A DNA stretch of 64,000 bases from Octopus sinensis. Taxonomy: Eukaryota. A program made the position numbers and the translations under genes. Numbering within the stretch: the stretch's first letter is position 1; each line of letters starts with the position of its first letter. Below the pieces are notes generated by a model, which saw only the letters and a program-made list of their open reading frames with translations, was not told where the DNA came from and made no database searches. Of this stretch, positions 53,440 to 64,000 are shown one piece after another. The stretch lies in contig NC_043001.1 of NCBI RefSeq assembly GCF_006345805.1, positions 10,602,001 through 10,666,000 of the forward strand, in the 5' to 3' direction.

Positions 53440-53471
<32 letters not shown>

Positions 53472-54370
53472 CATACATACATACATACATACATACCTAT
53501 ATATACTTAAATGCATACATGCATACATGCATACATACAGACATACACATACACACATACATACATGCATATACGCATTCATACATGCATACATACAGAT
53601 ATACTTACACATACATACACGCATACATTCATATACGCATTCATGCATACATGTATACATACACACGTACATACCACACATACATATGTGTATGCATACT
53701 TACATGCGTACATACACACACATACCTACACATACACGCATACATGTGCACACGCATTCATGCATGCATACATGTATACATACACATACACATACATACA
53801 CACACACATATATACTTGCGTACATACACGCGTACATACACACAGATATACATACCTATATATACATACATACACGCATATATGCATACACGCATTCATG
53901 GATTCATACATACACACAGACATACATACACCCAGTCGGTTTCTGCACAGTTTCCTTCTACCGAATCCTCTTTTTCCAGCTCAGTGCAATTGTAGTAGAA
54001 ACACTTGCCCAAGGTGACACATAACGGGATCGAACTCAGAACAAGGTGGTTGTCAGATAAAATCCTTAACCACACGGCTACATTTGCTGTTTGCTGTTAC
54101 CACCCTCCCCCTAATATTGTTCTTGCTGTTGTTATCGGTCTCTGTTGTTGCTGCTGCTGCTGCTGTTCTCATGCCATTGTTGTAATTGCTGTTTGATCTT
54201 GTTGTTGTTGTTGTTGCATCATTTTAGATCGAACAGAATCTACCATGGTCAAAGACACTCCAGCTTTGACCATTCTGTCGATATTGTGTGTGTGTCTTCA
54301 AGTAGACTGAAGGGGCGTGATCTGAGGAGGATTTAGCTACTGTTTCTGTTGTTGCAATTGACGATACTTG

Positions 54371-54409
54371 ATACTACTACTACAACAACAACAACTACTA
54401 CTACTGCTG

Positions 54410-54443
<34 letters not shown>

Positions 54444-54574
54444 AACAACAACTACTACTACTACTGCTACTACTACTACAACTACTACTACTACTACTAC
54501 TACAACTACTACTACTGCTACTACTACTACAACTACTACTACTACTACTACTACTACTACAACTACTACTACTA

Positions 54575-54625
<51 letters not shown>

Positions 54626-55025
54626 CTACTACTACTATTACTACTACAACAGCTACTACAACAACAACAACAACAACTACTACTACTACTACTGCTGCTG
54701 CTACTACTACTACTACTACTATTATTACTACTACTACTACTATTATTACTACTACTACTACTACTACACTACTACTACTACTACTACAACAAACACAACA
54801 ACTACTACTACAACTACTACTACAACAACTACTACTTCTAGTGCAGCTGCTGCGGCGGCTACTACTACTACTATTACTTCTACTACTACAACTACTAATA
54901 CTACTACTACTAGTACTACTACTGGTACTACTACTACCACTTGTACAACTACTACTACTGCTGCCGCTACTACTACTCTACTACTACTACTACTACTACT
55001 ACTACAACTACTACTACTACCGTTA
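54371..55025. repeat. (ACT)n trinucleotide array
   Basis: Direct inspection. Confidence 0.95.
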
Positions 55026-55268
55026 CTGTTACTGATGTTGCTCAGCTCCACATCGTTCCTGATCAAACAGATCGATGATTACAGACGATCCCATATTTTA
55101 ATCAGGCATCGTCTACCAAGGACTACATTACCTAACGCGTCCATGCTGTCTTTAAAACGCCAAGAGTGTTACTTAAGAGAGATTTGACTGCTATTTCTTG
55201 CAGACCAAACGACCATGTACATGTTCCACCGTTTACTATGAGTAAACAGGCCTATCTATAATCAAAGG

Positions 55269-55810
55269 CTCGCCATCCGTGACCAACCAATCTTAATCAG
55301 AGTATTTCGGACTACTCTATTACATCTAATGTGTCACGTGTCAGGCAGTGGTGGTGATTTAAGGGTTTTTTGGCTGCTATTTCTAGCATGTCCAGTCCAG
55401 CAACGACTCGCCATCCGTGACCAACCAATCTTAATCAGAGTATCTCGGACTATACTCTCTAATGTGTCACGTGTCAGGCAGTGGTGGTGATTTAAGGGTT
55501 CTTTGGCTGCTGTTTCTAGCATGTCCAGTCCAGCAACGACTCGCCATCCGTGACCAACCAATCTTAATCAGAGTATCTCGGACTACACCCTCTAATGTGT
55601 CACGTGTCAGGCAGTGGTGGTGATTTAAGGGTTCTTTGGCTGCTATTTCTAGCATGTCCAGTCCAGCAACGACTCGCCATCCGTGACCAACCAATCTTAA
55701 TCAGAGTATCTCGGACTACACTCTCTAATGTGTCACGTGTCAGGCAGTAGTAGTAGTAGCAGTAGATTTAAGGGTTCTTTGGCTGCTATTTCTAGCATGT
55801 CCAGCAACGA
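55269..55810. repeat. 133-bp tandem repeat x4
   Basis: CTCGCCATCCGTGACC at 55269, 55407, 55540, 55673. Confidence 0.95.
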
Positions 55811-55959
55811 AATAGAGGTTTGATCGTAGATTGTTGTTAACTCTACAGTCTCTACTGCTGCTACTGCTGTGCTTGGTGAAGTTGCTGCTATATTCCAACA
55901 TAGAAAATCGATAACACAATATTATGGACAACTTATTCGATTGAATATTTAGTTCTGTT

Positions 55960-56366
55960 GATCACCGCTTCTCACTCTTATCTACCTCTCACCTCACCCC
56001 TCACTTACTTCCATTACTCTCTCTACCATTCCTCACCAGACCCCCCACTCCCCTCCTTCATTATTCCATCTCTCATTCCACCCCTCCCTTTCTTCATTAC
56101 TCTGTCCATATTCTCTCTCTCTCTCTCTCTATTACTCTTTCTATTTTCCTTGCTACCCCTCTCTTCCTACATTACTCTCTCTCTCTCTCTCTCCCTCTCT
56201 TAATTATTCTATCTCTCATTCCACCCCCTCTCTCCCTCTATTACTCTTTCTACATTCCTTGCCACCTCCCTCTTCTTTCATTACTCTTTCTATATTTCCC
56301 TCCTCCCTCTCTCTCTCTCTCTCTCAATCATTCCATCTCTCATTCCACCCCTCTCTTCCTTCATTA

Positions 56367-56398
<32 letters not shown>

Positions 56399-56660
56399 TC
56401 TAATTATTCCATCTTTCATTGCACCTCTCTCTTTCTTCATTACTCTGTCTATATTTTCTCTCTCTCTCTCCATTATTCTTTCTATATTTCTTTCCACCCC
56501 TCTCTTCCTTCATTACTCTATCTACATTTCTCTCCTCTCTCTCTCTCTCTCTCTTAACTATTCCATCTCTCATTCCTCCACTTCTCTCTATATCCCTCAT
56601 CCCTCTCCCCATTCCTTCCACAGTCCCCCTCCTCCCTTCTCTGTTCTCTCTGATCTTCTG
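55960..56660. repeat. CT-rich low-complexity tract
   Basis: Direct inspection. Confidence 0.9.
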
Positions 56661-56743
56661 CTTCCATTGAATATTGATTAATTGCTCTCACATCTCCACC
56701 CCCAACCCCCACCCAATCAATTTAGCTTTAAATATACATATAC

Positions 56744-56797
<54 letters not shown>

Positions 56798-56939
56798 GCA
56801 TGTATGTATGATAGCATGCAGGTGGTATATATATATATATGTGTATACACATATGTATTTGTGTATAAGGAAGTACCTGTATGTATATGAATATGTGTAA
56901 ATGTATGTATACATGTATGTTTCTATGCATGTGCCTGTG

Positions 56940-56974
<35 letters not shown>

Positions 56975-56983
<9 letters not shown>

Positions 56984-57003
56984 AATGTATGTATGTATGT
57001 ATG

Positions 57004-57037
<34 letters not shown>

Positions 57038-58235
57038 TGTATGTATGTATGTATGTATGTGTGTATGTATGTATGTATGCATGCATGCATGTATGTATGT
57101 ATGTATGTATGTATGTATGTATGTATGCATGTATGCATGCATGTATGTATGTATGTATGCATGTATGTATGTATGTATGTATGTATGTATGTAGTATGTA
57201 TGTATGTATGTATGTGCATGTATGTATGTATGTATGTATGTATGTATGCATGTATGCATGCATGTATGTATGTATGTATGCATGTATGTATGTATGTATG
57301 TATGTATGTATGTATGTATGTATGTATGTATTTATGTATGTATGCTGTATGTATGTATTTATGTATGTATGTATGTTGTGTGTATGTATGTATGTATGAT
57401 GTATGTATGTTGTATGATGTATGTATGTATGTATGTATGCATGTATGCATGCATGTATGTATGTATGTATGTATGTATGTATGTATGTATGTATGTATGT
57501 ATGTATGTATGCATGCATCTATGTATGTATGCATGTATGTATGTAGTATGTATGTATGTATGTATGTATGGGTATGTATTAGTAGGTATGTATGTATGTG
57601 TGTATGTATGCATGTATGATGCATGTATGTATGTATGTATGATGTATGTATGTATGCATGTATATGTATGTAGGTATGTATCTGTATGTATGTATGTATG
57701 CCATGCATGCATGCATGCATGTATGTATGTATGTATGTATGTATGTATGTACGTACGTATGTATGTATGCATGCATGTATGTATGTATGTATGTATGTAT
57801 GTAGTTGCATGCATGTATGTATGTATGTATGTATGTATGTACGTACGTATGTATGTATGCATGCATGTATGTATGTATGTATGTATGTATCTACGTATGT
57901 ATGTATGTATGTATGTATGTATGCATGTATGTATGTATGTATGTATGTATGTATGCATGCATGTATGTATGTATGTATGTATGTATGCATGCATACATGC
58001 ATGTATGTATGTATGCATGCATGTATGTATGTATGTATGTATGTATGTATGTATGTATGTATCTACGTATGTATGTATGTATGTATGTATGCATGTATGT
58101 ATGCATGTATGTATGTATCTACGTATGTATGTATGTATGTATGTATGTATGTATGCATGTATGTATGCATGTATGTATGTATGTATGTATGTATGTATGT
58201 ATGTATGTATGTATGTATGTATGTATGTATGTATA
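56975..58235. repeat. (TATG)n tetranucleotide array
   Basis: Direct inspection. Confidence 0.95.
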
Positions 58236-58378
58236 CGTCTATGTATGAACACATGCATGATTGAATATATATATACAAGTGTGTTACGGGTGTATGTCTA
58301 ACAGTTAAGATGTATTCTAAACAACTAAAGAGGGAGTTTTCTCCACTAATTGCTTGGTCACAAATATATGTACACACA

Positions 58379-58424
<46 letters not shown>

Positions 58425-58447
58425 GCACGCACGCACATACATATTTG

Positions 58448-58519
<72 letters not shown>

Positions 58520-58544
58520 GTTGTTTGTCTGTCTATATATATAT

Positions 58545-58583
<39 letters not shown>

Positions 58584-58608
58584 ATATATATATATATTAT
58601 GCATATAT

Positions 58609-58641
<33 letters not shown>

Positions 58642-59442
58642 CACATAAACACACATCACACACATATATGCACACAAACGTAGACAAGTATGCATTTGTT
58701 TATACACACGTATATACACACATGTATGCTTATACATATTATGTGTGTGTGTGTTTGTGTGTGTGTAGTGAGAAATAACGAAAGATAAGGAAGAGAGAAT
58801 AAGGAAGTGAGGGAGGGGGTTTTGTTTTCGTGAGCAAGAAAGGAAGGAAGGAAGGAAGAAAGAAGAGAGAGAGAGAGAGAGAGGAAGAATAAAGGAACTG
58901 AATTTGAAGAATTTGAAAATTCTTGGAAGAAGAATGTACTTGAGTGATAATAAAGCTGTCACTAAGAGTGGTCTGGTAATAAGATGAGAATCAGAAGAGC
59001 ATCAAAGACGGTGTGGGGTGAGTAGGGGGGGGTTGATATGGGTGGGGGGAGTGAAGTCTTGTTTGGCATATTTGGAAGCAGAGAGAGAGAGAGCGAGAGG
59101 TGGAGGTTGAGGGGGGGAAGAGGTGAGATCTCGATATCGAGGAATCAGTTATTGTCAAGTGATTTCAATTAGCTCCGATACACCAACACCTTAATGTCCA
59201 GACTACAGACATCTTGTCTCCTCATTCTGTATCTTCTGTTCCCCCCTACAATGCTTTCTGGCCCTCTTAGCTCTTTGCTCTGAGGGCCACATACGTTCGG
59301 TGCCACCAAATCATTCCATTCTCCTGTTTGCGTCACCCTTATTGTGCTCCCCTTTAGGTCACGACTCTAATCCCCTTCTCTCCTGTCTTAACTTGCTCTT
59401 GTACGCTTTTACGAGTTTCAGTCATTTGACCGCAGCCATGCT

Positions 59443-60188
59443 CACGGGAGGGCTGCAATCTGAAAACCACTACTTTCAATAACAAACGTTGCATGCGTTT
59501 AAAGTGGAGTAAAAACCTATAGAATTCGTCCCTAGAGCAATGGAAAAATGTTATTTTCTTGGACGAGTCATCCTTTACCTTATTTCTGACCACCAGCCGA
59601 GTATACGTGTGGAGACAGCCAAAATAAGTATTTGACCCAGACTGCCTTCTTTCAGTGTTAAACATGGAGGAGGATCTGTGATGATCTGGTGGGGCCATAT
59701 CTAGGACATCCGCTGACCCAATTGTTACCTATCATGGCAGAATTAATAGTGAAGACTATTTAAGCATTTCATCTGATCAACTTCATCCTATGGTTGCGGA
59801 ACTGTTTCCGGAGGGAAACGCAATCCTTTAGGATGATAATGGACCAATTCACACAGCTAAAGTTATTACTGAATGGCACGAGGAACATTCTAGAGAAGTT
59901 AAACATCTTATCTGGCCACCACAGTCCCCAGATCTCAATATTATTGAACATTTATGGTGCATTTTAGAAAAACAAGTAAGGAGTCGATATCCTCCACCAT
60001 CATCACTACAAGAACTGGAGACTGTTTTAGGCGAAGAATGGAAAAAAATTCCTTTGGAAAGAATTCAAACTTTGTACGAGTCCATAGCTCGTAGAATTCA
60101 AGCTGTAATTACTGCCAAAGGCGGTCCTATTCCATATTAAATTAATTTTTTTTGAAATTTTGAGGTGTTTCCATTATTTTGTCCAACC
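59443..60188 (+). mobile_element. Tc1-family transposon relic (5'-truncated transposase pseudogene plus right TIR)
   Basis: WKNVIFLDESSF, KHGGGSVMIW, *DDNGPIHTA, WPPQSPDLNIIEHLW, RIQAVITAKGGPIPY*; TIR ..TTTGTCCAACCC then TA. Confidence 0.9.
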
Positions 60189-60507
60189 CTATATATATAT
60201 ATACCACTGGTATTTGAGTACTCTTTTTTCCACCGTGTTTCACATTTATGTGTTTACTCCGGTATATATATATATATTTCGTTTTGGGATTTGGTTTGCA
60301 AGATTCTTTATGTGAGTTAGTGTGTTGAAGCATATTCTGTTGTGTCTGGGGAGAGTCATTCTTTTTTTTTTTTTTGGTGCCTTCTAATTTAATAGTTGTT
60401 GACTATTGAAAATATTGCAAGACGCAACGAAAATTTTAGCTCCTGTCAAACCATCCAACCCATACTAACATGGAAAGCAGACGTTAAATGATGATGATGA
60501 TGATGAT

Positions 60508-60539
<32 letters not shown>

Positions 60540-61047
60540 TGATGTAATAACTAATTTTTCTTTTGGAAATTAGTATCCGTTTCATCATTTTGCGTAAGCA
60601 TCAAGAAATTTCATAGAATTTAAATTATAGTTATTGAATATTGGACGCTCTATTTCCTGATGTTACCCATTGTGATAAAGCTAGATTCTCAAAGTTATCC
60701 ATCGTATGACGATATTTAATTTTGTAACCCATGGTAACAGTCATGTGCCGAATATTTCGTTATTTCAACCAACAAATAAAAAGAGATTGACTGGTTTCAA
60801 AAGTTATATGTGAAAATCAAAACTGCTATTCCGATTCCGTAATTCTTATATTCTTATAACGATGAACCGAATGACGAAACTTTGAGCAACAATATTAAAG
60901 CTCCAATTAAAATAAATTTCACAAACACACACATGTATCTATGTAAACACATACATACATATAAATATAACATACATATAATATATATATATATTATATA
61001 TATATATATATACATTAATATATATATATATATACATATAAATATAC

Positions 61048-61085
<38 letters not shown>

Positions 61086-61102
61086 CATGCACAAACACAT
61101 AT

Positions 61103-61133
<31 letters not shown>

Positions 61134-61327
61134 CACTTTATTTATAAGGATTCATTACGAATAGAAGCATATCAAAATATAGGATGCTAGAAAATGGTTA
61201 GGTATAATTACATAAAGCTGACAGTTAAATAATACCTTATAGGCATCAAATACTGACAGGTTACTGTAGTTATGTAAATATCAAATCCAATTAATAACTA
61301 ATTGGTCGTTCTTTGGTGCAGCGCTGT

Positions 61328-61804
61328 CTGTATATATCAAAGAGTATATACTGTTGAAAGCCTTCCAAACTGTGGTGTTTATCTCAAGAAAACATCTCTC
61401 ATCAATGTATAATGTGAAAAAATACAGAACTATAACAGAAGCAGACAAAATTTGTCAAGAAGCGGCAATAACATTAATAAATCTACATTTCTACATTTTT
61501 AAGCTTCTCTCTACTACTTGCTTCTCCCACGGCAAATCTAAGTTGGTTGCTCACGAGTTGGAAGCAACGACAATGCACTCATTTGGACACCAACAAAAAG
61601 TTTCACAATGAATATTGTTTACCCTGAGGTGCTTCAAAATTGATAGATTTTCAGTTCTAAATTCTATTATCAATACAATTTGGATATTTTTTTTAGTAAA
61701 ATATACTGAAATAATTATGAGAAAAAAATATATCATCATATTTATTGTTTATTAATCTGAATAAGAACAGCAGTAATCCAGGCAACGCCGGGTAATTCAG
61801 CTAG
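61328..61804 (+). mobile_element. Probable non-autonomous Helitron
   Basis: TCTGTATATATCAAAGAG start; CCAGGCAACGCCGGG..CAGCTAG end. Confidence 0.55.
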
Positions 61805-61879
61805 ATCGAAATAACTCGTAATAGATATAAGCATTCTTTGAATACACTGGCGAAAAATACCGTGCTTACCAAGCCTGTC

Positions 61880-62338
61880 TTTATTCTTTTATTCTGTTAT
61901 TCTTTTACTTGTTTCAGTCATTTGACTGCAGTCATGCTGGAACACCGCTTTTAGTCGAACAAATCGACACCCCAGGATTTATTCTTTGTAAGCCTAGTAC
62001 TTATTCTATCGGGCTCGTTTACCGAACGTAAAATTACCGCCTTATTTCTGATACAGTTCACGAAACAATATACGGCGAAGGAAGTGCGGCAACAAGTTAA
62101 GATCACGCATACCATTTACGGGGATGTAAACACACCAGCATCGCTTGTCAAGCGATGCTGGGGGGACAAACACAGACACACAAACACACACATATATACG
62201 ACGGGCTTCTTTCAGTTTCCGTCTATCAGATCCACTCACAAGGTTTTGGTCGGCCCGAAGTTATAGTAGAAGACGCTTGCCCAAGGTGTCACACAGTGGG
62301 ACTGAACCCGGAACAAGCTACTTTACCATACAGCTACT
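61880..62338 (-). mobile_element. SINE family A interrupted by an ~80-bp locally templated insert
   Basis: 62036-62115 copies 62933-63014. Confidence 0.8.
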
Positions 62339-62521
62339 CTTGATTGAGAATTACGTCAGTGTACAGCGACTTACATGTTCGTTCAGTGGGAGGAAATTCA
62401 AATGGTTGAAAAACTGAATTCTCACCATTGAAGAACGGAGGTTCATCCCCAAGTTCGATCCTAGGAATGAAGTCAATTCCATAACTTTTTCTTCAAACAT
62501 TATTTTCATCTGCTTGGATAC

Positions 62522-62814
62522 TGTTGCTTTGTTCCTTCTCGAGCCACGCCTGGTTTATAAGGGCCGGTTTTCCGGTTTCCTTGGCGTGTAGGTTCTCCAC
62601 CTGGACGGGACGCCGGTCCGTCGCAGGTGAGCTGCAAGATGCAGGAGGAAATAGTGAGAGAAAGTTGTGGCGAAAGAGTCAGCAGATGTCCGCCACTATC
62701 TTCTGTCGGAGCCGCGTGGAGCTTAGGTGTTTCGCTCATAAACACACATATCGTCCGGTCTGAGATTCGAACCCGCGAGTCCGCTGCTCTAACCACTAGG
62801 CCATGTGCCTCCAC
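62522..62814 (-). mobile_element. SINE family D (V-like core)
   Basis: TSD CTGCTTGGATAC at ~62510 and ~62816. Confidence 0.85.
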
Positions 62815-63880
62815 CTGCTTGGATACACAATGTATATTTTCCCGCACGTCTGTCCGTTTCAAGCAATTTTGTTTCTATCTCAGAGGCAGATTGCTATATA
62901 TCGCTTGGTTCCTATATTGTTGGTTTTTGTGCACCGCCTGATTTGTGATACAGTTCACGAAACAGAATATACGGCGAAGAAAGTGCGGTAACGAGTTAAG
63001 ATCACGCATACCATCTTTATATAGTGTATCAGAAGTCGACTCTTTCTGAACCCCCTTTTCATTGACACACTTTGTATTATAGCTCTAAATAATTATATTT
63101 TATATGAACATTTGTTAAGCCCTTTGGTGGTAAATGTCTCCCTAAAACTAATCACTATGTGCCCTGTGGACTAAGCATGTGCCTTGCTATCAAGTGTAAA
63201 TTTGCGTATACGAGTACATATACGTGTGTATATGAGAGTATACATACATACATGTGTGTGTGTGTGTGTGTAAATGATTATTTGTAGGATTTATGATGAT
63301 CAAAGTAATTTAATATTAAAGACAACAAGCGAGGGTTGAAATCCGTTCATCCCTTTATATACTGTATCCAAACGCTTCCGCAAACTCTCTTAATTTGATG
63401 TCGAAATGAGAGGGTGAATCCACATTCCACATCTTGGTATTTTATCGCCGAACCAAATTCTAAATTTAAATTCACTGGAAGAAAACAGGGTTTTTCTTTC
63501 ATGCTGTAATCGAATTATTCATCAATAAAAAACACGTCTGAAACAGCTGTAATGACCCTTAACCCATCTGTTTCCTTTCTTTCTTCACACCCTGAATGAA
63601 ACTGCACAGAAAGTTATGTCCAGTTACATGTGCTAATGCTGTTACCCTGTACAGTGGAAACATATATGTAGGTTGTAGTAACAATGTATGACATTGTAAA
63701 ACAAAAGGCGATAAGTTTTGAGGATGTACGAGACTCCATATTCTCTATCGTTATAATTATTACATATACATATACACACACGCACGCACACTCACAAACA
63801 CACACACACGCACGCAGACACACACACAGAGGGGTAACTGTAGATAGATCGATAGATATACATACCTGTGTACACATACA

Positions 63881-64000
63881 TATTTCTTTATTGCCCACAA
63901 GGGGCTAAACACAGAGGGGACAAACAAGGACAGACAAACGGATTAAGTCGATTAACTGGTACTTAATTTATCGACCCCGAAAGAATGAAAGGCAAAGTCG
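63881..64000 (-). mobile_element. SINE family B (runs off the window end)
   Basis: TATTTCTTTATTGCCCACAAGGGGCTAAAC... Confidence 0.8.

Noticed and set aside
54349-55035. Poly-Thr mucin-like ORF
   Set aside because: (ACT)n microsatellite that shifts frame to poly-Leu/Tyr; no signal peptide or domain
51196-58301. Long MYVC/HTYI ORFs
   Set aside because: Stop-free tetranucleotide repeats

Overview
AT-rich, repeat-dense eukaryotic DNA with no intact long protein-coding ORF. The long ORFs in the track are microsatellite or minisatellite read-throughs. The repeat repertoire (tRNA-derived SINEs with internal microsatellites, RTE 3' tails ending in (GAT)n, Meta-type and V-type SINEs, non-autonomous Helitrons) suggests a coleoid cephalopod, probably an octopus; this is inference from remembered repeat families, not a database result. 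The window holds dozens of SINE/LINE pieces, fossils of Gypsy integrase, hAT and Tc1 transposases, two probable solo LTRs, several MITEs, four tandem-repeat arrays and a ~1.35 kb tandem duplication. Scattered minus-strand signals (NRF1/YY1 promoter motifs, good splice donors, a 17-nt microexon candidate) suggest it lies in the 5' introns of an unidentified multi-promoter gene. The most unusual structure is a TSD-flanked, head-to-head dimer of a tRNA-headed element carrying a Penelope-type minimal hammerhead ribozyme (30725-31266). Several other hammerhead relics occur across the window. Boundaries were read by eye and are approximate unless exact motifs are quoted.
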